This document shows, one piece after another, positions 24,016 to 31,923 of a stretch of DNA of 32,000 nt. This DNA comes from Acaryochloris thomasi RCC1774 (lineage in GTDB: Bacteria; Cyanobacteriota; Cyanobacteriia; Thermosynechococcales; Thermosynechococcaceae): contig NZ_PQWO01000012.1 in assembly GCF_003231495.1 (NCBI RefSeq), positions 30,001 to 62,000 on the forward strand, read 5' to 3'. Made by a program: the position numbers and the translations under genes. Numbering within the stretch: position 1 is the stretch's first letter; each line of letters begins with the position of its first letter. The notes beneath the pieces were generated by a model. That model was not told where the DNA came from, searched no databases, and saw only the letters and a list, made by a program, of their open reading frames with translations.

Positions 24016-26109
24016 ATGAAAGCAAGTGAGCTGCTGCAGCTTTATCAAGAGGGTGAACGCAATTTTGCAGGCGCAAATCTGCGGGGACAGTCGTTTGAGG
24101 GGAAAGACCTCTCGGGCGCAGACTTTACAGGCGCTGATATTCGGGGGACCAATTTCAGCCATACGACATTGATCAGTGCCAACTTCAGTAGAGCTGAGGC
24201 GGGGCTGCAGCGAAGGGGGGCCGTAGTACTCCTATTGCTTGTATGGCTTTTCGCAGCTGTCTCAGGCTTCTTTGCAGCATTTAATGGATATTTTGTGTCT
24301 TTAACTTTCAATACAGGTGATCCAGCTAGCTTTGTCGCGGGTTGGGTGGCACTCATTACCCAGTTAGCTTTTTTAGCTATTTTTCTCTGTAGAGGCGTCA
24401 CTGTTGCTATCGCGGTCACTGTTATTGGAGCGGTCGCTGGAGCAGTTGCGATAGCCGTTGCTTTTGTTGGAGCCGTTGCTGTTGCTTTCGCTGTTGCTGG
24501 AGCTGTTGTTGTCGTTGGAGCTTTTGTTGGAGCTGTTGCTGTTGCTGTTGCTGGAGCTGGAGCGGTCGTTGGAGCTGTTGCTGTTGCTGTTGCTGTTGGT
24601 GGGGCTGGGGCTGGAGCGGTTGCTGGGATTGGGGCTGGAGCAGTCGCTGGAGCGGTCGCTGCGGCCAACATACTTATCAGCTCATATATTGGTTGGCGTG
24701 CGCTAGCAGGTGATCCTAAATACTTACAAATTAGATCGGTAGCCATTTCCGTAGCGGCGTGGGGTGGGACCAGTTTTCGAGGTGCAGACCTAACCCATGC
24801 GAACTTCAACCAGGCGCATCTCAAAAGTGTCGATCTGAGAAAAGCCAAATTAGTTCGCACCTCTTGGTTACACACCCGTCGGCTAGATCGGGTTCGGCCT
24901 GGTGATTCCTTCCTAGATAATGCCCAAGTTCGCAGCCTAGTTCAAACCGGCCAAGGTCAAGGTTTAGAGTTCATCCATCAGAATTTACGTGGCATCAATT
25001 TGGCCACTGCAGATCTAGAAAATGCAAATTTCAGAGCAGCAGATCTTAGTGAGGCGACGTTAGCAGGGGCAGATCTGACAAGCGCAAGCCTGGTGCAAAC
25101 CCAGCTTGACAAAACCGATTTAACAGGGTGCACCCTCACAGGAGCCACGATCGAAGGCTGGGGGATCACGGGTAACACTAATCTGCAGGGGGTTCGCTGC
25201 GAGTACATCTTCATGCGCTGGGTCAAGCCCGGTGCCTCCAATCCCAATCCGCGTCGCAAACCTGATAACTATGAAGAGAACTTCGCTGACAAAGAGTTTG
25301 GTTACTTCATTAAGCCTATTGTCGATACCCTAGACCTCTATCACAACCAGAACGTCAATTCCCGTGCCATCGCTATTGCTTTCAAACAACTGGCTGAGAC
25401 CCATCCCGAAGCTGAACTCGAAATTGCCGCGATGGAAAAGCGGGGCCAAGATAAGTTCCTACTCAAAGCAAGAACGGCTCAGCAGGCTAACCACTCAGAA
25501 CTGAGTCAGGAGTACTTTGAAGCCTATAACCAAGCCAGGGCCTTGACTCATAAGGATGCACAGCAGCTTCTTGCAGCAGAAAAAGATGCTCGGATCCGTG
25601 ACCTAAAAAACTGTTTTGATATGGCGCTCAAGCGCCCCAGTTTCTATGCCGAAAACTATCAACAACACGGAGACCTTATGGCTGAGAACAGCGGCCCCAA
25701 CATCAATGCAGGCAACAACATCGGCGATGTCACAGGCGTGGCTAGTGGCGATATCAGCGGCGTCATTAACCTGGGCAACATTCAAGGCGACATCAACAAC
25801 GCAATTCAGCAGCTTCCTGAACGAAGTGACGCCACCCAACCCGACCTCAAAGATCTTCTCAGCCAGTTACAGACCGCCATTGTAAACGAATCTGAACTAG
25901 ATGAGGCCGAGAAAGCCGCCACCCTTGATCAGGTGAAAAAGCTAGCCGAAGCAGGGCAAGCTCCCGAAGCAGGCTCGATGAAGAAACTGGCAAACAAAGC
26001 CACCCAAATTTTCAAGGGTACCGCCGCTGGTCTGACTGAAGGCGCAAAACTGGCAACAGTCTGGGAAGCAGTCGGCCCAGTGATCATGACATTCTTCGGA
26101 TTACTCTAG
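24016..26109 (+). CDS. Pentapeptide-repeat membrane protein
   Basis: 697 aa. The domain order is: N-terminal pentapeptide repeats, a hydrophobic G/A/V-rich core, a second pentapeptide block, and a conserved C-terminal domain. A(D/N)LxG/x pentapeptide tracts occur at aa ~18-60 and ~250-400 (ANLRGQSFEGKDLSGADFTGADIRGTNF; ADLENANFRAADLSEATLAGADLTSASL). Aa ~68-225 are uninterrupted hydrophobic sequence. The C-terminal ~290 aa are hydrophilic and helical, ending in a hydrophobic tail (VGPVIMTFFGLL). Confidence 0.85.
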   Translation: MKASELLQLYQEGERNFAGANLRGQSFEGKDLSGADFTGADIRGTNFSHTTLISANFSRAEAGLQRRGAVVLLLLVWLFAAVSGFFAAFNGYFVSLTFNTGDPASFVAGWVALITQLAFLAIFLCRGVTVAIAVTVIGAVAGAVAIAVAFVGAVAVAFAVAGAVVVVGAFVGAVAVAVAGAGAVVGAVAVAVAVGGAGAGAVAGIGAGAVAGAVAAANILISSYIGWRALAGDPKYLQIRSVAISVAAWGGTSFRGADLTHANFNQAHLKSVDLRKAKLVRTSWLHTRRLDRVRPGDSFLDNAQVRSLVQTGQGQGLEFIHQNLRGINLATADLENANFRAADLSEATLAGADLTSASLVQTQLDKTDLTGCTLTGATIEGWGITGNTNLQGVRCEYIFMRWVKPGASNPNPRRKPDNYEENFADKEFGYFIKPIVDTLDLYHNQNVNSRAIAIAFKQLAETHPEAELEIAAMEKRGQDKFLLKARTAQQANHSELSQEYFEAYNQARALTHKDAQQLLAAEKDARIRDLKNCFDMALKRPSFYAENYQQHGDLMAENSGPNINAGNNIGDVTGVASGDISGVINLGNIQGDINNAIQQLPERSDATQPDLKDLLSQLQTAIVNESELDEAEKAATLDQVKKLAEAGQAPEAGSMKKLANKATQIFKGTAAGLTEGAKLATVWEAVGPVIMTFFGLL
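24394..24666 (+). repeat. In-frame cryptic tandem repeat (GCT/GTT/GGA-based hexamers) encoding a 91-aa Gly/Ala/Val/Ile/Phe run
   Basis: Runs such as gctgttgctgttgctgttgct occur, and a ~27-nt unit (gcttttgttggagcYgttgctgttgct) appears twice, at about 24460 and about 24520. The translation is GVTVAIAVTVIGAVAGAVAIAVAFVGAVAVAFAVAGAVVVVGAFVGAVAVAVAGAGAVVGAVAVAVAVGGAGAGAVAGIGAGAVAGAVAAA. Several other frames stay open across it (ORF-track entries 24045..24875 on the minus strand and 24458..24706 on the plus strand). Confidence 0.8.
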
Positions 26110-26394
26110 CCCTAAAAAGAAGCACACTTGAAGGATGATTGAGAATTCCAATATAGCCCCGCATTCGCCCCACGTGTGGCTAAGCGCTCACGTCGAAGCC
26201 CAGCCACCCAATTCTGGGGGGAGATCGCCTACTTTTCAATCAACCCCAAAGTTATTATGACTCTTTGTGTGCGCTCTAATCTCCAAATCCTCCACTGGGA
26301 AGGGCTTGAGGAAGGTAATTCAGATTTTAAAGCAACCTCTTACAATAGAAATCTAGAGCAACAACAAGCATGAAGGCAGCTTCAATCCTGTCCT

Positions 26395-26958
26395 ATGGTT
26401 CAGACACCCACTCGACCCGTCACCCTAGAAAACTTTTTGCAGCAGCCCGAAACCAAGCCTGCAAGTGAATACATCGACGGTCAAGTTATCCAAAAGCCCA
26501 TGCCTCAAGGTGAACACAGTACGCTGCAGCGGGTTTTGACGCGCGATATAGATAATGCGCTCAGTCCGTCAAAAGTTGCCCATGCCTACCCCGAACTCCG
26601 ATGTACCTTTGGTGGGCGATCGCTGGTTCCTGACGTTTCAGTCTTTTGCTGGGGCCGTATTCCCCGGCAGCCCAATGGCCGCGTTGCCAATCGCTTTGAA
26701 CTGCCGCCTGACTGGACGATTGAAATTCTATCTCCCGGCCAAAAACATACGAAGGTGCTGCTCAATATTTTGCATTGCCTAGAGCACGGCACCGAGATGG
26801 GCTGGATGATCGATTCTGAGGAATCCTGTGTCTTTGTCTATCAACCAAACCAAACACCACGATTTTTTGATCAGCCAGAGATGGCACTGCCCGTCCCTGA
26901 CTTTGCCACTCCAGTTGAACTCACGGTCCAACAGCTCTTTGATTGGCTCACAGATTGA
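26395..26958 (+). CDS. Uma2-family (DUF820) PD-(D/E)xK-like endonuclease
   Basis: 187 aa. Typical cyanobacterial Uma2 layout: EYIDGQVIQKPMPQGEHS, then AYPELRCTFGGRSLVPDVSVF, then PDWTIEILSPG. Confidence 0.85.
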   Translation: MVQTPTRPVTLENFLQQPETKPASEYIDGQVIQKPMPQGEHSTLQRVLTRDIDNALSPSKVAHAYPELRCTFGGRSLVPDVSVFCWGRIPRQPNGRVANRFELPPDWTIEILSPGQKHTKVLLNILHCLEHGTEMGWMIDSEESCVFVYQPNQTPRFFDQPEMALPVPDFATPVELTVQQLFDWLTD

Positions 26959-27041
26959 CGAGACCCATACGGTACCGAAACCTTGCCTCGCTACCTGCGT
27001 CATCTGTACTAATGCAATTCCCAATGTTGTGGAGCAATCGA

Positions 27042-27665
27042 ATGCAAAGGTACTTGTACTCTCTATGGCTCATGCCCATCAGTGGTGGCCTAATCGCAGT
27101 TGGCCTAATTTTGTTTGGGCAGGAAGCGATCGCAACCCGTGATCCCAGCCTTCACCCCAGCCGCACAGTCTCTCAAGTTACAGAGACCTCTGAAGACAAT
27201 GAAGAGGGCTTCCAGCTCACTCAACCGTCTGGAGAATCGGAGATCGCGCTTGCTCAGCATCTTAAGGCACAGGGAGCCAAACTGTATGGGGCTTACTGGG
27301 CACCTCACGTATACGATCAGCTCGAACTCTTTGGAGCAGAAGCATTTGAGTCTCTGCCCTACATCGAATGTGCGGAAAAGGTTGAGGGGACAAGAGGAGG
27401 GAGTCTGACTTCGCAATGCCAAACCGCCTTTACAGAGATTGAGCAAAAATCGGGATTTAAGGCGGGATTCCCGACTTGGGTCATTAAGGGTAAAGCTTAC
27501 TCAGGACGCACACCTTTAGCTGAACTGGCAAAATACTCTGACTACCAAGGGCCGAGCAACTTTGAGAATTCCCTGCCTGACCCGAAAAACTTCCGTCCTG
27601 GTGATCGAAAGCAGATTCTCGAAGATATCCTGAAGCCGCTCCAGCCTCGAGACGTTTTGAGCTGA
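27042..27665 (+). CDS. Membrane-anchored thioredoxin-like protein related to the Trx-like domain of cyanobacterial VKOR; CxxC motif lost
   Basis: GAKLYGAYWAPHVYDQLELFGAEAF..LPYIEC...GFPTWVIKGKAYSG parallels the VKOR-linked Trx domain (GAYWCPHCxDQKxLFG...YPTWxING), but here it reads A-P-H-V instead of C-P-H-C. There is one N-terminal TM helix (LWLMPISGGLIAVGLILFG). The start is moved from the ORF-track 26943, which overlaps Uma2, to the ATG at 27042, which has GGAG 7 nt upstream. ATG at 27012 is also possible. Confidence 0.65.
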   Translation: MQRYLYSLWLMPISGGLIAVGLILFGQEAIATRDPSLHPSRTVSQVTETSEDNEEGFQLTQPSGESEIALAQHLKAQGAKLYGAYWAPHVYDQLELFGAEAFESLPYIECAEKVEGTRGGSLTSQCQTAFTEIEQKSGFKAGFPTWVIKGKAYSGRTPLAELAKYSDYQGPSNFENSLPDPKNFRPGDRKQILEDILKPLQPRDVLS

Positions 27666-27853
27666 CTGTTGAGAGACATTCTTTGTATTCGCTCACCCCA
27701 GTTGCGATCTCGGTGATTTATCTCTCCCCCCTTTTGAGCCATCCGAATTAATGGGAGGATAGAAACATAACTTGCCCTCATGAATTGTGATGTCTATGAC
27801 CCATTGCATTTATATGAGGGCTTGGGCGCAGACTTCACAGGACGGTAATCTTC

Positions 27854-29767
27854 ATGAGCATTAATGTCGGGACGTTTCCCATTGATTTAGGAGCCTATAA
27901 GGCCGTCAAGCTTGATCCAAGTGTCAGTACTCTCACCGATGAGCAAAGAGAGGCACTCAAATTTAATATTCAGCTCTGCCGGGATGCGCTGATTTTCTTC
28001 ACAGCGACGGGTGCAGCGAGAGGTGTTGGTGGGCATACGGGTGGTCCCTATGACACGGTACCCGAGGTGATGATCCTTGATGCTTTATTCAAGAGTCAGC
28101 CTGATGACTACGTACCCATCTTTTTTGATGAAGCAGGGCACCGAGTCGGAACGCAGTATCTAATGGCAACGTTGGATGGCGATCTACCGGCAGAGCAGTT
28201 GATGCAGTATCGTGCGGCCAATTCTACATTGCCAGGTCACCCTGAGCTGGGTCTGACGCCGGGGGTTAAGTTTAGCTCTGGTCGCTTGGGACATATGTGG
28301 CCCTACGTGAATGGGGTTGCGATCGCAAATCCTGGCAAAGCCGTCTTCTGTCTCGGCTCTGATGGTGCTCAACAAGAAGGCGACGATGCAGAGGCCGCTC
28401 GTCTGGCCGTTGGGCAATATATCAACGTCAAGCTACTCATCGATGACAACGATGTCACCATCGCAGGTAACCCCTCTGAGTATCTGCCTGGCTTTAGCGT
28501 CAAGAAAACGTTAGAAGGGCACGGTCTCACAGTTTTTGAAGGTGACGGTGAAGATATCGACAGCCTCTACGCCAACATCTGTAAGGCCATCAACACACCC
28601 GGGCCCGTTGCGGTGATCAATAAGCGTCCAATGTGTCCTGGGGTTGAAGGCTTAGAAGGCTCCAACCATGGTCACGACGTTGTTCCTGTAGATATTGCGC
28701 TCAAGTATCTGGAAGCGCGGGGCCATAGTAAAGCGGTCGAGTACCTGAAGAATATTGAGAAGCCCTCGAATACTTACAAGTTCATGGGTGCCTCCGATAA
28801 GCTGGGTTCGAACCGTAACGTTTTCGGTCAGGCTGTGGTCGAAGTGTTGGGCAAAATGGGTGAAGAGGAGCGCAAAAAGAGTGTCCTTGTCGTTGATAGC
28901 GATCTTGAAGGCTCCTGTGGTTTGCAGCATATCCGGGGCGCGCATCCAGAAATTTTCATCAGCGGCGGCATTCAGGAACGGGGAAACCTCTCGGCTGCGG
29001 CTGGTTTCGGCATGGAAGAGGGTAAGCAAGGTATCTTTGCCACCTTCAGCGCCTTTTTAGAGATGTGTATCTCTGAGATCACGATGGCGCGGCTGAACCG
29101 CTCTAATCTGCTCTGTCACTTCTCCCATGCAGGAATTGACGATATGGCGGACAATACCTGCCACTTCGGCATCAACAATATGTTTGCCGATAATGGTTTG
29201 GATGACGGCTATGAAACGCGGCTGTTCTTCCCAGCAGATGCGAATCAGATGACGGCCTGCGTGAAGTCGGTCTTCAACAATAAGGGCTTGCGATTTATTT
29301 TCTCGACTCGCTCTAAGGTGCCGATGCTCTTGGATGGCGACGGCAACGAAATGTTTGGTGGCAACTACACCTTCACGCCAGGGAAAGATGATGTCGTTCG
29401 TGAAGGAAAAGCGGGCTACATTATTGCTTTTGGTGATGCCGTGTATCGAGCTTTGGATGCGGTAGAGCGTTTGAAGCAAGAGGGCATTGAGGTGGGTTTG
29501 ATCAATAAATCTACGTTGAATGTGGTTGACGAAGATGCGATCGCAAAAGTAGGCGCTTCCCCCTTCGTCCTTGTGGTGGAACCCTTCAACCGTCGAACAG
29601 GACTGGGCAGCCGTTTTGGTTCCTGGTTGCTAGAGCGCGGTCTAACGCCTAAGTTTGCCTACCTTGGCACCCACGAAGAAGGCTGCGGTGGTCTTTGGGA
29701 GCAGTATCCTCACCAAGGTATTGATCCGGCTGGCATCATGGCTAAGGTCAAGGAACTCACTGCATAA
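27854..29767 (+). CDS. Divergent transketolase-family ThDP enzyme (single polypeptide, 637 aa)
   Basis: The transketolase catalytic layout is retained with variant motifs. These are GGHTGGPYD (cf. SGHPG), EAGHRVG, LPGHPELGLTPGVKFSSGRLGH, a ThDP-Mg motif SDG-x27-N (GSDGAQQEG...LLIDDND), the Pyr-domain GGIQERGN, and HAGIDDMADNTCHFG. Confidence 0.8.
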   Translation: MSINVGTFPIDLGAYKAVKLDPSVSTLTDEQREALKFNIQLCRDALIFFTATGAARGVGGHTGGPYDTVPEVMILDALFKSQPDDYVPIFFDEAGHRVGTQYLMATLDGDLPAEQLMQYRAANSTLPGHPELGLTPGVKFSSGRLGHMWPYVNGVAIANPGKAVFCLGSDGAQQEGDDAEAARLAVGQYINVKLLIDDNDVTIAGNPSEYLPGFSVKKTLEGHGLTVFEGDGEDIDSLYANICKAINTPGPVAVINKRPMCPGVEGLEGSNHGHDVVPVDIALKYLEARGHSKAVEYLKNIEKPSNTYKFMGASDKLGSNRNVFGQAVVEVLGKMGEEERKKSVLVVDSDLEGSCGLQHIRGAHPEIFISGGIQERGNLSAAAGFGMEEGKQGIFATFSAFLEMCISEITMARLNRSNLLCHFSHAGIDDMADNTCHFGINNMFADNGLDDGYETRLFFPADANQMTACVKSVFNNKGLRFIFSTRSKVPMLLDGDGNEMFGGNYTFTPGKDDVVREGKAGYIIAFGDAVYRALDAVERLKQEGIEVGLINKSTLNVVDEDAIAKVGASPFVLVVEPFNRRTGLGSRFGSWLLERGLTPKFAYLGTHEEGCGGLWEQYPHQGIDPAGIMAKVKELTA

Positions 29768-29781
29768 CATCTGTTCTAACG

Positions 29782-29847
29782 GAGCATAGGATCAACCCTG
29801 CGGCTGATCTTTATCTAAGCCCAGCAAAATGGGGCAGTCCTATGCTC
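29782..29847. other. Long stem-loop between the convergent transketolase and ASCH genes
   Basis: Perfect 10-bp arms GAGCATAGGA / TCCTATGCTC around a 46-nt loop that has its own short pairings (CTGC/GCAG, CCCA/TGGG). No flanking U tract on either strand, so it is not a canonical intrinsic terminator. Confidence 0.35.
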
Positions 29848-29901
29848 AAGCTCACAAACTTCCTTTGCGCTGTGAATAATTTCTGTGAGGCTTTTGTGCT
29901 C

Positions 29902-30375
29902 TTAAGGTGATGGGTACACCACTCGAAATCGCTCACACACTAAAAGCATTTCAGGGCCAGGGCTTTTGCCAATTTTAGGTAAGACTCGCGAGAAATACTT
30001 CCAATGCTCCTGTCGCCAGGATTCTAGAGTCCGATCCTCTTCACCTTCGTCATAGGCAAACTGAGTATCCACTTCGCTGAAGGATCGAATATTGATCTCT
30101 ACTGTTTCAATAATGCAGATAGGGGCACCTTCACCATTCAGAATGACCGTTTTTATCCCCATCATCTCATTGGGATCCGTTTGTTCCACCTCCCATTCCC
30201 AAAGAGAGGAACAGGTGGCCGTTTTCACGCCATCTAGAACCAGTTGACCAAGGTCATTCGCGAGCTGGGCTGTATCGCCAAATTGATCAACGAGGTAGGC
30301 TGCGTCCGGTTCGGTACCGGCTGGCAGGGCTTTGAGATAGCGATGCCAGCATTGTTCGATCTGTCTCTTGTTCAT
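29902..30375 (-). CDS. ASCH-domain protein
   Basis: Starting at the internal ATG (30375), the protein begins MNKRQIEQCWHRYL...VDQFGDTAQLANDLGQLVLDGVKTATCSSLWEWE. It ends ...FAYDEGEEDRTLESWRQEHWKYF, which is the usual ASCH (YqfB-like) pattern. The 28 codons upstream in the ORF track lie inside the esterase gene. Confidence 0.75.
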   Translation of the reverse strand: MNKRQIEQCWHRYLKALPAGTEPDAAYLVDQFGDTAQLANDLGQLVLDGVKTATCSSLWEWEVEQTDPNEMMGIKTVILNGEGAPICIIETVEINIRSFSEVDTQFAYDEGEEDRTLESWRQEHWKYFSRVLPKIGKSPGPEMLLVCERFRVVYPSP

Positions 30376-31270
30376 AGCGATTCTTCGGTGACCAATGATG
30401 TTGGAGAAAGGCTCCTGCTTCTGAGATCGCAACTCTCCCCTCCTCCAACATGGGTGCAAACAACTGAAAGCAGTGAATCATGTCTTGCCAAACCTTGAGT
30501 TCTACGGCAACGTTGGCCAATGCCGCCTGATGGGCAAGCCGCAGAGCGTCGCCGAGTAAAATCTCTGCTGCCCCGACGTGAATCAGAAGCGGCGGTAGGC
30601 CAGATAGATCAGCATAGATCGGTGAGATCAGAGGGTCCTTCACGTTCTCATGGGGAGCATACCAAGCAGTAAGAGTATCCATCAGTGTCCGAGATACCAT
30701 CAGATCGAGGTGGCCATGAGTATCAATGGTGGAGCTGGTTTGGGTCAGATCGCAGTAGGGCGAGATCAGTAGCCCTGAAGAAGGCAGTATCTCTTTGGTA
30801 TCCCTTAAAGACAGCAGGGCTGCCAAAGCGAGATTGCCCCCAGCGGAGTCGCCTGCGATCGCAACTTGGCTGGGATGAAACCGACGTGTCTCAACAAGCC
30901 AGCGATAAGCCGTCAGCGTATCTTCTAGCGCTGCTGGGTAAGGATGCTCCGGTGCAAGGCGATAGTCAATCACCAACACCCTTGCGGATGACGCCTCTGC
31001 TAGATCGCTAGCAATACGTCGATAGGTTTGGCGTGTTCCCATGACAAAACCGCCCCCATGAAGATACAGAATGACGCGATCTGGATCACTATTGGGAAGG
31101 GTAATCAGCTCGGCAGGAACACCATCAGCATCGAGGGTCTGAACCTGGGCTGTGGGATGGGACGGCAGAGAAAAGCAGCGGTTAAAGTTCGCTCTCATCT
31201 CGGCGAGTGTATCGCCCCAAGAAAAATCCTGCAGCATCGAAAGAATGTTGTTCAGTTCATTTTGACTCAT
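30287..31270 (-). CDS. Alpha/beta-hydrolase, hormone-sensitive-lipase-type esterase/lipase
   Basis: 327 aa. It carries the HGGGF oxyanion motif (LYLHGGGFVMG), the GDSAGG nucleophile elbow, and distal D/H catalytic region sequence (LIHVGAAEILLGDA...DMIHCF). The C-terminal ~35 aa overlap the ASCH gene start. Confidence 0.85.
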   Translation of the reverse strand: MSQNELNNILSMLQDFSWGDTLAEMRANFNRCFSLPSHPTAQVQTLDADGVPAELITLPNSDPDRVILYLHGGGFVMGTRQTYRRIASDLAEASSARVLVIDYRLAPEHPYPAALEDTLTAYRWLVETRRFHPSQVAIAGDSAGGNLALAALLSLRDTKEILPSSGLLISPYCDLTQTSSTIDTHGHLDLMVSRTLMDTLTAWYAPHENVKDPLISPIYADLSGLPPLLIHVGAAEILLGDALRLAHQAALANVAVELKVWQDMIHCFQLFAPMLEEGRVAISEAGAFLQHHWSPKNRYEQETDRTMLASLSQSPASRYRTGRSLPR

Positions 31271-31353
31271 GATTAAGAAGGCTCCATATGAAGAACTGAA
31301 GGAAACGCAAGTACGAGGCTGTCTCTACGCTCCACTTAGCTGTTTGGTTTGGA

Positions 31354-31923
31354 CTATGCTTCGATCTGAATCTGAGGCACGATACTTACAGGGTTGGCCA
31401 TATTCCATAGGTTGGGCGAAGCCATCAGGGTCATCTCATAGATCTCTTGGAACTGTTTAGCGGTTGCGTCTCCTTTGACGATCAGTGTCCAATACAGTGA
31501 CTGACAACCAGGGACAATACTGGGATCGAGTCCAAAGAATCCACGCAGGTCTAAATACCCGCTGCTTTTAATCTCTGCCTTCTCTAGGCGAATTCCGTAG
31601 GCGGTGCAAAGCTCAGTGAAGGTTGCCAGAATGCAGGAATTAATTGCCGATAGCAGCACCTCTTGGGGATTGGGGCCCAAGTTTGAGCCACCGATTTCTT
31701 TTGGCTCATCAATCACCAGGGTGAAATCGCGATCATAGGTTTCACTGCCCCAATCAAAGGACTTGACGTGAGAGATAGAACGGGGACCGTCGACCCAGGC
31801 GCTTGAGACCTGGAAGGTTAGCTTGGCCTGGAGGGGATTGGTTGCGATCGCACCCGATAACTCTTCGAGTTCATTGAGATCAAAACCATTGAGAGTCTGT
31901 GCTTGTTGAGTTTGCATCATCAT
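31354..31923 (-). CDS. OsmC/Ohr-family (peroxiredoxin-like) protein
   Basis: 189 aa. The block EPKEIGGSNLGPNPQEVLLSAINSCILATF, with its conserved Cys, is typical of OsmC-family proteins. There are three tandem ATGs at 31923-31915, with AAGGAA upstream. Confidence 0.8.
   Translation of the reverse strand: MMMQTQQAQTLNGFDLNELEELSGAIATNPLQAKLTFQVSSAWVDGPRSISHVKSFDWGSETYDRDFTLVIDEPKEIGGSNLGPNPQEVLLSAINSCILATFTELCTAYGIRLEKAEIKSSGYLDLRGFFGLDPSIVPGCQSLYWTLIVKGDATAKQFQEIYEMTLMASPNLWNMANPVSIVPQIQIEA

Noticed and set aside
24045-24875. A 276-aa antisense ORF and an 82-aa same-strand out-of-frame ORF (24458..24706) across the pentapeptide gene
   Set aside because: Both are low-complexity translations (TAPA... 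and LLLE... runs) produced because the GCT/GTT/GGA repeat contains no stop codons in other frames. The sense frame has coherent pentapeptide domains on both sides.
26176-26373. A 65-aa ORF, and a 41-aa ATG ORF at about 26136, between the pentapeptide and Uma2 genes
   Set aside because: Neither has motifs, a Shine-Dalgarno sequence, or any support I can assess. They are left as non-coding spacer.
26943-27041. The N-terminal 33 codons of the 240-aa ORF-track entry for the Trx-like protein
   Set aside because: This extension overlaps the Uma2 3' end and is not hydrophobic or signal-like. The ATG at 27042 has GGAG at -7 and begins directly at the membrane anchor.
27666-27853. Possible TPP riboswitch in the leader of the ThDP-dependent transketolase-like gene
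   Set aside because: I looked for the conserved CUGAGA and ACCUGAUCUGGAUAAUGCCAGCG-like cores and found neither. Only a generic hairpin is present.
30376-30459. The upstream 28 codons of the ASCH ORF
   Set aside because: They lie within the esterase coding region, and ASCH homologues begin at the MNKRQ...W..YL motif.
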